From: Fumia sp.
GTDB taxonomy: Bacteria > Bacillota > Clostridia > Oscillospirales > Ruminococcaceae
NCBI GenBank assembly: GCA_045645505.1
Contig: JAZRIW010000024.1
Location: 6,189 to 70,188 of the forward strand
Reading direction: 5' to 3'
Length of the DNA: 64,000 nt
Shown here one piece after another: positions 1 through 9,952 of this stretch; the stretch's first letter is position 1, and each line of letters begins with the position of its first letter. The notes below the pieces were generated by a model, which was not told where the DNA came from, ran no database searches, and worked only from the letters and a program-made list of their open reading frames with translations. Made by a program: the position numbers and the translations under genes.

Positions 1-2366
1 TCTTCACCTTTACTGATAACATATTCCTTACCTTTTTCAGTATCAAAGCTTAAAATAAAGTCTTTATAAATAGATTTGATTTCTTTTCCTTCACAGAAAA
101 CTTTAAATCCGTCAAATCCCGTAGGAGTTGTAATTCTTACTGTATTTCCTCTATGGCTCAGTATCTCTACAGATTTAACCTTTCCGTCTTTAAGTTCCGC
201 ACTTATTTCAAATGCACCTTTTGCAAGCATATTTGTAAACTTAACATCAGACCATTTTTCATATTCAGGATATCTGTCCATACATTCAGTAAATCTGAAC
301 CCGTGTCTGTGTGCTCTGTCATAACCACAAGAGCCATCAGGCATTGCAGGGAAAACCCTTATTATATGATTTTGCGACTGCAGAAGCATCTCATTTACTG
401 CAGCAAGCATCTCGCCTGTAAATTCCATCATACATGGATAATAAAGTGGTTGCCTTGTTGTAAGACAATAGTTCATAAACCTGTCATTTGCCTCAGCGGT
501 AAGTCCATTTGAACGAAGCAAATGGTCAATTCCTCTTTCATAAAGCAAACGCAAAGCACGCTGTCCGTCACCAAGTCTTGAAGCGGCAGCAGATATCCAA
601 CTGCATTGGAAAACACCTATTTCACAATTATCTTCAAGATAATTTATCGTATTACTGATAAGTTCTCTTGACTCTTCATCACTTTCAATATCAATTTCAC
701 CTATCGGAAAAATCGGCATAAGCATACCAGGGTGTCTTATCCAAAGATTATCAAGTGCATCTTCGGAATCACGCATCCTTCTTCCGTATGTAGTATCTTC
801 ACAAGTAGGATACTGAGGTAAATTTTCATATAAGTTTTTTATATCTTTTAAAATAGGATTATTATCACCTAAAATCTCAGCACTCTCGAGTGTGAATTTA
901 AGCATATATTTAACTGACGCAATAGTAGAAACTGTATTATGTGACCATGGTCCCTGCTCAGGTGAAACATCTGGAAAAACATAATAACATTTTCTTTCCT
1001 CGTCCCAATGAAACAGCTCAATTGTAAATCTGCAAAGCTCGATAAACAGAGGATATGCATCATTTTTAAGATATTCTTTATCTAATGAGTATTCATACTG
1101 AAACCACAAATATTGTGCGCACCAAGGCCATACACAAAAATAATTTGTGTATGGATAGTCAATTGAAACACCATTTAAGCCATGAACATCTTTTGCAAAT
1201 CTTTCAGCCAGTTCCTTATAGGAATTAAGTCCGTCCGAAAAGACCTTTCCAAGCTCAAGCCTGTTTGAAGAAAATACCCCTGCAAATGAAGCCTGAATAT
1301 TTACATCCCAATACCAGAGACTTCCCCAGAGTGTAGGACGTCTGATGTCCCAAAGTCCGTTAAGTCCACATGCATGATGTTTCATTATTCCATCTCTTCC
1401 GGAACAAGAATCCAAAGCATACTGATTCACATACCACAGTTTCTCTAAAAACTTGTCCGGAATAGAAATATTTGCTCTTTTATAAAATTCATCCCAATAC
1501 TTTTTATGTTCTTCTCTAAGTTTTTGAGTATCTTCAAATTTTTTAATCTCATCATAATCCGGAAGATTTTCATATCTGAAGTCTGTAAAAACCGAAAAAA
1601 TAAGTTCATATTCATTTTTCTGTGGGATTGGTTTGATATTGGCTTTTCTGTCACAAAATTCAGCTTTAAGTTCTGCATCTTTTAAGCGAAGTGCCCCCGC
1701 ATACTTAAACTCTTTTTCGCCTAACATATCACACACATTATAAGAAACAGTGTTTTTATCAGATGAAAAATCTATCTTCGGAGCACGAGCACCTCTCTCG
1801 GTCAAATGCTTAATATCAACTGAACTTATGAGAGAAGAATGACTTTCTTTAACACTTATGATAATTGCATCACATCTTGCAGTTATGATACTGATTTCAA
1901 CTGAAAATTCATCTTTTTCAAGGGAAAAATCTATTCTTGCGCCTTCAATATCCAAAGAAAGTGAACTTTTACCGTCTTTAAGTCTTTCATCAAAATTAAA
2001 AGCAAGTTCACCTGTAACAGGATGAGTATTTGAAAGATTTGCTATTGAATACTTATTCTTAAGCTGTGACCTGTCACTTCTGTACTGTAAAAAAGTTTCA
2101 TCGCCAACAGGCTGATTTTCAATAGCTATATCAAGCATTTCCTGCTGATTAAGCTTACCTTTTTCAATATCACCCTCCGGTGTACTTTTTAAAATATCCT
2201 CAGGCAAAACTGCACTGTCGATATTATAATAAACTTCATAATGATTAACCGGAATATTTAAAATCCCGTCCTCATAAAAAGCCATTGCGCCAAAAACGCC
2301 ATTTCCTACAGGCAACGCATTTGCCCAATTATTATAGCAATTATCAAATTTTATTATATGTGACAT
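1..2366 (-). CDS. GH95-like glycoside hydrolase (alpha-L-fucosidase-like), 3' end runs off the window
   Basis: Absent from the ORF track because no stop lies inside the window. Segments translated by hand from ATG 2366, all in one frame: WANALPVGNGVFGAM, PTLWGSLWYWDVNIQA, VSPEQG, RHPGML, NEMLLQS..IIRVFPAMP, all GH95-like motifs. Confidence 0.75.
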   Translation of the reverse strand, partial: MSHIIKFDNCYNNWANALPVGNGVFGAMAFYEDGILNIPVNHYEVYYNIDSAVLPEDILKSTPEGDIEKGKLNQQEMLDIAIENQPVGDETFLQYRSDRSQLKNKYSIANLSNTHPVTGELAFNFDERLKDGKSSLSLDIEGARIDFSLEKDEFSVEISIITARCDAIIISVKESHSSLISSVDIKHLTERGARAPKIDFSSDKNTVSYNVCDMLGEKEFKYAGALRLKDAELKAEFCDRKANIKPIPQKNEYELIFSVFTDFRYENLPDYDEIKKFEDTQKLREEHKKYWDEFYKRANISIPDKFLEKLWYVNQYALDSCSGRDGIMKHHACGLNGLWDIRRPTLWGSLWYWDVNIQASFAGVFSSNRLELGKVFSDGLNSYKELAERFAKDVHGLNGVSIDYPYTNYFCVWPWCAQYLWFQYEYSLDKEYLKNDAYPLFIELCRFTIELFHWDEERKCYYVFPDVSPEQGPWSHNTVSTIASVKYMLKFTLESAEILGDNNPILKDIKNLYENLPQYPTCEDTTYGRRMRDSEDALDNLWIRHPGMLMPIFPIGEIDIESDEESRELISNTINYLEDNCEIGVFQCSWISAAASRLGDGQRALRLLYERGIDHLLRSNGLTAEANDRFMNYCLTTRQPLYYPCMMEFTGEMLAAVNEMLLQSQNHIIRVFPAMPDGSCGYDRAHRHGFRFTECMDRYPEYEKWSDVKFTNMLAKGAFEISAELKDGKVKSVEILSHRGNTVRITTPTGFDGFKVFCEGKEIKSIYKDFILSFDTEKGKEYVISKGE

Positions 2367-2504
2367 AAAAACCCACTCTCTTATCTGAAATTAAAAATTC
2401 CCCGTATATTTATATTATATCATAAAAGCTATAATAAATATACGGGGAAAATCAACTTATTTTAGGGCTAAATTTAATATAATTCGGATACACTCAATCA
2501 AAAA

Positions 2505-3764
2505 TTAAAATCCGATGTCAAAATTCTTGTTTTCCTCATTAATAACACAAGGAATCTCAAGATCTGAATATTTCTTTGCAAAAGGTTGACGGAAGTCATT
2601 TCTAACCTTTTCTCTGTCTTCTTTCTTACGGAGATCAGGGATTTCAAGTTCTTTACTTCCTGTGAGTGCACTGTACCAAGCAGTGATACCTGTAGCTGAA
2701 AGTGCTACTGCCTTGTAAACATCAATAGCAGGTTCTGCTTCACCGCGGATATATTTAAGGAAGTGTAACATCAAGAACAAGTCTATTCCGTGGTGAGGAA
2801 TATTAGAAACGTCAGCTTTTGTGCAGTCATATTTAATCTTTTCTTCTTCATTCAAGATGGAAAGGACATCCCAGTTAAGATCACGGATTTTAGGTTCAGC
2901 ATATACATTCTCTAAAATCTTATCTTCTTCCATATTGAAACGAACAGATTCAACAACACCATTTTTACAAACAGCTCTGTACCATTTACCTACACAACCT
3001 ACACTTGAAGCACCGGAATAGTTGATAACAGAACCATCTTCCAATTCAACAAGCACATAACCCTTATCATGGTTTACAAGTGTTTTCTTTGATGTTTTTG
3101 TTACTACAGGTTTAGCTACAACTTTCTTGGGGAATTTATCAAAAACATAAAGCATAGGTCCCAAGTCGTGCATATTGTAATAGCAACGGGGAAGTGTATT
3201 TCTCCAATGGAGGTTTTCCATATCGAGGTCTCCGTCCCAACCGGGGATATATCCGTCCAAGGACTCTATCTCAGGAGGAGGTGAACCATGAGTATATTCT
3301 GCATCAGCAAATACAGGATCGCCATATTTTCCCTCAGAAATAATTCTCTTCATTTCCTGAACTACTCTGAAGTAAATACAGTTTGCAGCGAGCATATATT
3401 TTGATTTTGTTCTTTCTGCACATTCCAAAAGCTTAACGCAATCGCCAAAGCTTGGAGCAGCAGTAGTTTCAGAAAGTACGGGAATACCTTTTTCCATAGC
3501 CTTCATTGCATAGATATGATGCTCATTAAAGAAGTTACAAAGTACCACACCATCAAGGCCGCTATCAAGAAATTCATCAAAATCGGTATAAATCTTAACA
3601 TCGTCACTTATTGTGCATTTTTCTCTTAAAGTTTCAATAGATTTGGGATTAGTTTCCAAAAGTGCTGTTATTTTCATCTGATCAGAAAGATATTCTTCAC
3701 TTAAAAAAACAAAGTCTCCTCTTACTGCACCCATTACACCGATTTTTAAAATTTTGTTTGCCAT
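2505..3764 (-). CDS. Gfo/Idh/MocA family NAD-dependent oxidoreductase (GH109-like)
   Basis: N-terminal Rossmann KIGVMGAVRG, VLSET, AEYTH, YYNMHDLGP, HHGID; SD AAGGAG. Confidence 0.8.
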   Translation of the reverse strand: MANKILKIGVMGAVRGDFVFLSEEYLSDQMKITALLETNPKSIETLREKCTISDDVKIYTDFDEFLDSGLDGVVLCNFFNEHHIYAMKAMEKGIPVLSETTAAPSFGDCVKLLECAERTKSKYMLAANCIYFRVVQEMKRIISEGKYGDPVFADAEYTHGSPPPEIESLDGYIPGWDGDLDMENLHWRNTLPRCYYNMHDLGPMLYVFDKFPKKVVAKPVVTKTSKKTLVNHDKGYVLVELEDGSVINYSGASSVGCVGKWYRAVCKNGVVESVRFNMEEDKILENVYAEPKIRDLNWDVLSILNEEEKIKYDCTKADVSNIPHHGIDLFLMLHFLKYIRGEAEPAIDVYKAVALSATGITAWYSALTGSKELEIPDLRKKEDREKVRNDFRQPFAKKYSDLEIPCVINEENKNFDIGF

Positions 3765-3881
3765 TTCGATTTCTCCTTTTGCTTTTATTATTATATTTTA
3801 ACAAATATAATGATCTCAGTTGTGTTTCGCTTTTCAAAAAAACAAAGCTTTTTTTCATTCGCTACACACGAATTCATAATA

Positions 3882-3958
3882 ATTATAACATTCATAGTTA
3901 AGTCATTCAATGTGCAATATTACCAAATAAAAGAAAATTTTTTATGCTTTTTGACTAT
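3882..3958 (-). promoter_or_regulatory. Sigma-A promoter of the Gfo gene with two degenerate TTGTRCA-N3-TGYACAA-like sites upstream
   Basis: Minus strand TTGAAT-17-TATAAT with TG extension; sites start at 3958 and 3926, 32 bp apart. Confidence 0.45.
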
Positions 3959-4097
3959 TTATTTAAATGAGTGATAAGTATGCTTAATCATAATACCATT
4001 TTTAAAGAATTACAAGATTTTTTAAAATAAATAAGATTAATATAGAAATAAAAGGTGTTAAGTCATTAAAACTCACACCTTTTATAATTATTTATTT

Positions 4098-5942
4098 TTA
4101 TTGTACCCAGACTCCGTTTTCATCAACCTTATACCCGTCAATCACGGTATTTCTGTCAAGCTTTCCGTATTTACTGAAATGATAGGTCTTACCATCAATT
4201 TTATTCCAACCGATAACGCAATATCCATTAGATGACTGCATATAATAAGTCGCATTGTCAATAGTGTTCCAACCAGTTGCCATTATTCCGTCATCTTTCA
4301 AATAACACCATGTCTTTTTATCCGATGTTGCAATCCAGAAATTGCGTTTCATATATCCTTCATTATCGAAATAATACCAATCGTCACCAACCTTTGTCCA
4401 ACGCACCGCCATACCGCCATCAGGTTTCAGATAAAGTTTTGTGGTTTTATCATATGACGCAACCCATGAATCAGATACCATACTTCCGTCTGCATTAAAA
4501 TAATACCAGGTGTTACGGTCAAGACACCATTTAACAGCCATACCGCCCCAGCTCTTAAGATAATACCATTTTCCGTTAAGCTCTAACCAACCTGTCTGCA
4601 TAACAGCGGTGGTTGGATCCAAATAATACCATGCAGTATCATATTTCTGCCAACCGGTAACGCGTCTGCCGCTTGAATGCAGATAATAGTAATTTCCATT
4701 TATATTTAACCAACCTGTTTTCATTATACCGGTTGACGGGTCAAGATAATAAATATCACCGTCAATTTTATTCCAACCGATCGCGTTTGAACCATCATTT
4801 TTCTTGAAATAATAATTTCCGTTGTTTAAAACCCAACTTCCGCTTGGACTTTCAATGGCTCCTGTTACAGGACTCTCCTGTTGTGTCTGATCATTTTCTT
4901 CAGGCTGTGTCTCTCCATTTTCAGACCAACGACCATCATTATCAAAGGTGTAACTTTTACCGTCGATAGTATGTGTACCTATTGCATAAGTGCCTTCTGA
5001 GTCTAAAAAGTAATAGTAATAATCTCCATCTTTTTGCCAGCCTTTTACATATTGCGGAATAATAGAAAATTTATTATAGAAATTCAAGCTTTTAATTAAA
5101 TCCTTTTGAACAGAATTATTAGTATCAATATAGTTATAAGCTACATTGACAGTACCATCTTTAATATCCGGCATATAGCTTAAATCTGTAATTTTATTCT
5201 CGTCAAGATACAGAGTTTCAAGCTTTGAAAGATTTTGAAGTCCCGAAGTGTCAGCAATATTATTTTTGCTCAAATCAAGATATTTAAGCTTTCTGAGTCT
5301 TTTAAGTTCTTCGGTAGAAGATATTGCATTACCTCTTAAACTTAAATATTCAAGGCCTGAAGGAAAAGTGCCAAGTCTCACGATACTGTTATTATCAAGC
5401 ACAAGACTCTCAAGTGTTTCAAGCCTTGAAAAATCTGAAATAAGATTTATATCATTAAAACTCATATCAAGATTTACAATATATGGAAGTTCCGACAACG
5501 CTTCTGCATCAGAAATGTTATTATGACTTAAATTAAGTTCTGTAAGTTTGCTTAAATTTTCAAGCTCTTCAATAGAAGAAATCTGATTGTAAGAAAGATT
5601 TAAATATTGCAGTTTTGTCAAATCATCAAGATATGTAGTATCTTTAAGAGAATTATTTGAAACATCAAGGTAAACAAGTCTTCTCACATAAGAAATACCC
5701 TTTAAGGACGTAAGCCCCTTATTGGTCAAATCAAGCCTTGTAATGCCATTAAGCTCATCCTGAGTCAATGCACTGTCTCCGTTTAAGTCCGCCATTTTTA
5801 AAAGTATATTATAAATTTTTGTATCAAATTTTGATGATGAAATTGTATTTGAACTGCTGCTTGCAAAAGCTGTAATGCAAAAAGCCCCTGAAAAAACAGT
5901 AAAAATCAATAGAGAAGCTAACATTCTTTTTAAAAATTTCAT
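4098..5942 (-). CDS. Secreted surface protein: internalin-type leucine-rich repeats plus C-terminal choline/cell-wall-binding repeats
   Basis: Signal peptide ending AFA; LxxLxLSxNxIS 22-aa repeats; about a dozen GWxxxxGxWYYL/F repeats. Second ATG (5942) has the better SD spacing. Confidence 0.85.
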   Translation of the reverse strand: MKFLKRMLASLLIFTVFSGAFCITAFASSSSNTISSSKFDTKIYNILLKMADLNGDSALTQDELNGITRLDLTNKGLTSLKGISYVRRLVYLDVSNNSLKDTTYLDDLTKLQYLNLSYNQISSIEELENLSKLTELNLSHNNISDAEALSELPYIVNLDMSFNDINLISDFSRLETLESLVLDNNSIVRLGTFPSGLEYLSLRGNAISSTEELKRLRKLKYLDLSKNNIADTSGLQNLSKLETLYLDENKITDLSYMPDIKDGTVNVAYNYIDTNNSVQKDLIKSLNFYNKFSIIPQYVKGWQKDGDYYYYFLDSEGTYAIGTHTIDGKSYTFDNDGRWSENGETQPEENDQTQQESPVTGAIESPSGSWVLNNGNYYFKKNDGSNAIGWNKIDGDIYYLDPSTGIMKTGWLNINGNYYYLHSSGRRVTGWQKYDTAWYYLDPTTAVMQTGWLELNGKWYYLKSWGGMAVKWCLDRNTWYYFNADGSMVSDSWVASYDKTTKLYLKPDGGMAVRWTKVGDDWYYFDNEGYMKRNFWIATSDKKTWCYLKDDGIMATGWNTIDNATYYMQSSNGYCVIGWNKIDGKTYHFSKYGKLDRNTVIDGYKVDENGVWVQ

Positions 5943-6056
5943 ACTATTCATCCTTTCTTTTCTTAATAAGATTATATCATATTTTATCTATAAGGTAAAG
6001 AAAAACCTTATTTTTCTAGAAAAATGTATTTTTATGGGGTTTATTGAGAAAAAATC

Positions 6057-6085
6057 TTGACTTATTATCAATTTTTATTTAGAAT
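6057..6085 (+). promoter_or_regulatory. Sigma-A promoter of glyQS
   Basis: TTGACT-17-TAGAAT, 37 nt before the ATG. Confidence 0.6.
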
Positions 6086-6122
6086 AAAAGGTAACGTAAA
6101 ATTATTTCGGAGGTAATTTTAA

Positions 6123-7502
6123 ATGCTTAAAAACAGCGAAAAAACTATGGCTCAAATTGTTAATCTCTGTAAAGGCAGAGGTTTTGTCTATCCCGGTAGT
6201 GAAATTTACGGCGGACTTTCCAACACATGGGATTATGGCCCTATCGGTGTTGAGTTTAAAAATAATGTTAAACGTGCCTGGTGGAAAAAATTTATCCAGC
6301 AGAGTCCTTATAACGTAGGAATAGATGCAGCGCTTCTTATGAACCCTCAGGTATGGGTAGCTTCTGGCCATGTTGGCGGATTCTCAGACCCTCTTATGGA
6401 TTGTAAAGAATGTAAAACACGTCATCGTGCTGACCAGCTTATTGAAGACCAGACAGGTACTGTTCCCAATGGCTGGAGCGATGAACAGATGATGAAATTC
6501 ATCGAAGAAAATGACGTAAAATGTCCTAACTGCGGTAAAAAGAACTTTACTGATATCCGTAAATTCAATCTTATGTTTAAAACATATCAGGGAGTTACAG
6601 AAGATGCTAAAAACGAAATCTATCTTCGTCCCGAAACTGCACAGGGTATCTTCGTAAACTTCCCCAGCGTTCAACGTACAACCCGTAAAAAAATTCCCTT
6701 TGGTATCGGACAGGTAGGTAAATCCTTCCGTAACGAAATCACTCCCGGTAACTTCACCTTCCGTACACGTGAATTTGAACAGATGGAGCTTGAATTTTTC
6801 TGCAAACCCGGTACTGACCTTGAATGGTTTGCTTATTGGAAAGATTTTTGCAAAAACTGGCTTTTATCTCTCGGTATCAAAGAAGAAAACATCAAGCTTC
6901 GCGACCATGAAAAAGAAGAACTTTCACACTATTCCAATGCAACAACCGATATTGAGTTTTTATTCCCGTTTGGTTGGGGCGAACTTTGGGGTATTGCAGA
7001 CAGAACTGATTTTGACTTGACACAACACCAGAATCATTCAACAAAATCTATGGAATATTTTGACCAGGAAAGCAACGAACACTATATTCCTTATGTTGTA
7101 GAACCTTCCTTGGGTGCTGACCGTGTGGCTTTGGCATTCCTTTGTGAAGCTTTTGATATTGAACAGCTTGAAGACGGAACAGAAAGAACTGTTATGCATC
7201 TTCATCCTGCTTTGGCTCCTTTCAAAGTTGCAGTTTTACCACTTTCAAAGAAGCTCTCTGCAGAAGCTGAAAAAGTTTACGCTTTACTTTCTGACCACTT
7301 TATGACTGACTTTGATGACGCAGGTGCTATCGGAAAACGTTATCGTCGTCAGGACGAAATCGGTACTCCTTTCTGTGTAACCTTTGATTTTGATTCTCTC
7401 AAAAACAATTCTGTTACTATAAGAGACCGCGATACTATGGAACAAATTCGTCTTCCTATTGATGAATTAGTTTCTTATATTGAAGAAAAAATCCATTTCT
7501 AA
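6123..7502 (+). CDS. glyQS: Glycine--tRNA ligase (alpha2 homodimeric type)
   Basis: [53 protein letters not shown]. Confidence 0.97.
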   Translation: MLKNSEKTMAQIVNLCKGRGFVYPGSEIYGGLSNTWDYGPIGVEFKNNVKRAWWKKFIQQSPYNVGIDAALLMNPQVWVASGHVGGFSDPLMDCKECKTRHRADQLIEDQTGTVPNGWSDEQMMKFIEENDVKCPNCGKKNFTDIRKFNLMFKTYQGVTEDAKNEIYLRPETAQGIFVNFPSVQRTTRKKIPFGIGQVGKSFRNEITPGNFTFRTREFEQMELEFFCKPGTDLEWFAYWKDFCKNWLLSLGIKEENIKLRDHEKEELSHYSNATTDIEFLFPFGWGELWGIADRTDFDLTQHQNHSTKSMEYFDQESNEHYIPYVVEPSLGADRVALAFLCEAFDIEQLEDGTERTVMHLHPALAPFKVAVLPLSKKLSAEAEKVYALLSDHFMTDFDDAGAIGKRYRRQDEIGTPFCVTFDFDSLKNNSVTIRDRDTMEQIRLPIDELVSYIEEKIHF

Positions 7503-7505
7503 AAT

Positions 7506-7538
7506 AAAAAAGCTGTAGCAAAATGCTACAGCTTTTTT
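7506..7538. terminator. Bidirectional intrinsic terminator between glyQS and galT
   Basis: AAAAAAGCTGTAGCA-AAA-TGCTACAGCTTTTTT between convergent genes. Confidence 0.85.
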
Positions 7539-8509
7539 TATTTTGTCTGTATGTACTTTTTATAAGCATTTCTTAATTCTTCTGCTTTTTCTTCGGGACA
7601 AGTCGGATTACACCAAGCCCATGCACCCGTCTCCGACGAAGCGAAAAATTGTTGTTTTTCTGCAGAACGCATCGGAGGATAATATTCAATATGAAAATGG
7701 AACTCTGAATGATCACCATCATTTGAAGGTGCATTATGCATACACATCATATAAGGGAATGGACAGTCAAAAAGATTATCATACATTCCTGCACAATCAC
7801 GTACAATCTCACCTAATAAAAAGAGTTCCTCCTCAGTCATATCCATAATATTTGTAACATGACGTTTTGAAGTTACCTGCACACCATAAGTAACAGCTTC
7901 AAAAAACGGAAGATATACGATAAAATGCTCATTTTCAAAAATTATTCTTCTTCCGTCCTTTATTTCTTCCTCCATTAAAGCACAAAAAAGGCACTTTCCG
8001 TTTTCTTCTTTAAACTCTTTAGCAGAGGCGACTTCTTCTTTTAAACGTTTAGGAATAAAAGAATATCCATACACCTGACCGTGAGGATGAGGCATAGTAA
8101 CACCTACAACATCTCCACGATTTTCGAAAATATAAACATATTTGATTTTTTCATCAGCACTGAAATCTGAAAAACACTCTTTCCAAAGCTTTGCCAATTT
8201 ATGCGAATGTTCATCAGTAAGATCCTTTAGGTAAGCAGTATGGCTATCAGAATAAAGTAACACCTCACATTTTCCGTAAGCAGGACGCACTTTAAATAAA
8301 TCAGTAGCAACATCGTCCTCCTTGGGGGGATTTTGTGATAATGCCGGAAAATCATTAGGATATCTTAAAACATCGAACCCTTCATCAGGGACCTTCCCTG
8401 ATCCCGGACAAAAAGGGCACCAATCTTTTGGCATCTGTGGACGATTTTGCCTATGGGAAGCCACCATAGTCCAGTCTCTTATAAGTAGATTATATCTAAG
8501 TTCAGCCAT
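7538..8509 (-). CDS. galT: Galactose-1-phosphate uridylyltransferase
   Basis: CPFCPG, FENRG, HPHGQ active-site motif, PE..AE.LR. Confidence 0.95.
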   Translation of the reverse strand: MAELRYNLLIRDWTMVASHRQNRPQMPKDWCPFCPGSGKVPDEGFDVLRYPNDFPALSQNPPKEDDVATDLFKVRPAYGKCEVLLYSDSHTAYLKDLTDEHSHKLAKLWKECFSDFSADEKIKYVYIFENRGDVVGVTMPHPHGQVYGYSFIPKRLKEEVASAKEFKEENGKCLFCALMEEEIKDGRRIIFENEHFIVYLPFFEAVTYGVQVTSKRHVTNIMDMTEEELFLLGEIVRDCAGMYDNLFDCPFPYMMCMHNAPSNDGDHSEFHFHIEYYPPMRSAEKQQFFASSETGAWAWCNPTCPEEKAEELRNAYKKYIQTK

Positions 8510-8521
8510 TTTTACTATCTC

Positions 8522-9799
8522 CTAAATAATTTCTATTGCTCCAACAGGGCGTACAAAAAGAGTGTGGCAACAACCTTCTCCCAAAACATTTTCAATAAGA
8601 TTTTTAAAATCTTGGGCCATATCAAGTGGGACAAAATTCTGTGAAGTACCACCGAAGCCGCCGCCATGAACGCGACAAGCACCCTTTCCGTTTAAAAATT
8701 CCTCAGCTATAAAAAGTGAAACGGAAAGCCCCTGCTCATAAGGATTTATATTTGCATAAACATTCTGTAAATATCTGAAAGAGGAATTTCCGGATTCATT
8801 TACAAATGATAAAAACGCATCATAATCTTTTGCTTTTAATGCATCAACAGCATATCCTACACGTTTATTTTCCTTAACAAAATGCAATGCTCTAAGTAAC
8901 GCTCTGTCTCCGAATTTTAAACTGATGTCTTTTGCATTATCGGTAATTTCCTTTAAAGTAACGCCTCTGAGTTTTTGCTTATTAAAAAGCCCTGCAACTT
9001 TTTTCATTTCTTCGGGTATTGAAGCATACTCGTTTGTCAAATCTGCGTGATTATCTCCTGCATCAACTATGCATAAAGCACAACCCAATTTCTGAAAATC
9101 AAAATCAATTTTTTCAATTATGGGATTTTCATTATCTTCAAAATCAATTGTAATCATGCCGCCTACCGAAGAAGCCATCTGGTCCATAAGACCACAGGGT
9201 TTACCGAAATAAACATTTTCAGCAAATTGTGAATATTTTGCAATTTCCACAGGAGAAATTTTACCATCATTAAAAATATAATTAAAAATAGTACCAACCA
9301 ACACTTCAAATGCCGCAGAAGAACTCAAGCCCGAACCCTTTAAAACATTTGAAGTAGTATAGGCATCAAATCCGCCTGTTTTATATCCCTCAACAGTGAC
9401 TTTTTTTGCAAGGCCTCTTATTAAAGAAGCTGATTTATTCTTTTCTTCTTCTATAACACTTAAATCATCAAGAGAAACAATATCCATATCGTACCCTTCG
9501 GATTTAAGATTTACAGTATTGGTATCATTTTTTGCAACAACTGCGATAACATCTAAATTTACACTTGCTGCGATAACCCTGCCACCATTATGGTCAGTAT
9601 GATTTCCTAAAATCTCAGTTCGACCGGGCGCCGAATAAATCTTTATATCACGGTCTTCTCCAAAAATTTTTACAAATTCATCAATAGCTTTAAGATACCG
9701 TTCTTTTTGTAATTTAAGATTTTCTTCCCCATATAACTTTATAAGTGTAGAATCAATTACACCATTTAAAATTTCCTGTTTTAGAGTACGATATTGCAT
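8522..9799 (-). CDS. galK: Galactokinase
   Basis: APGRTEILGNHTDHN, GSGLSSSAA, CGLMDQ, GGGFGG; adjacent to galT. Confidence 0.92.
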   Translation of the reverse strand: MQYRTLKQEILNGVIDSTLIKLYGEENLKLQKERYLKAIDEFVKIFGEDRDIKIYSAPGRTEILGNHTDHNGGRVIAASVNLDVIAVVAKNDTNTVNLKSEGYDMDIVSLDDLSVIEEEKNKSASLIRGLAKKVTVEGYKTGGFDAYTTSNVLKGSGLSSSAAFEVLVGTIFNYIFNDGKISPVEIAKYSQFAENVYFGKPCGLMDQMASSVGGMITIDFEDNENPIIEKIDFDFQKLGCALCIVDAGDNHADLTNEYASIPEEMKKVAGLFNKQKLRGVTLKEITDNAKDISLKFGDRALLRALHFVKENKRVGYAVDALKAKDYDAFLSFVNESGNSSFRYLQNVYANINPYEQGLSVSLFIAEEFLNGKGACRVHGGGFGGTSQNFVPLDMAQDFKNLIENVLGEGCCHTLFVRPVGAIEII

Positions 9800-9952
9800 A
9801 AATCCATCTCCTTACATATCTTTACAAATTAAGAATACACCATAACAAAGGAAAAAACAATACTTTTAAAATATCAAAAATATGGATTTTTCTTGCTTTT
9901 TATATTTTTTTAAGCTAAAATAAATATATCAAATGCGATAAGGTGGGATTTT

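Noticed and set aside
76-1678. Short ORF-track calls at 76-324, 153-512, 869-1063 and 1445-1678
   Set aside because: They are shadows of the long GH95-like minus-strand frame that the track missed.
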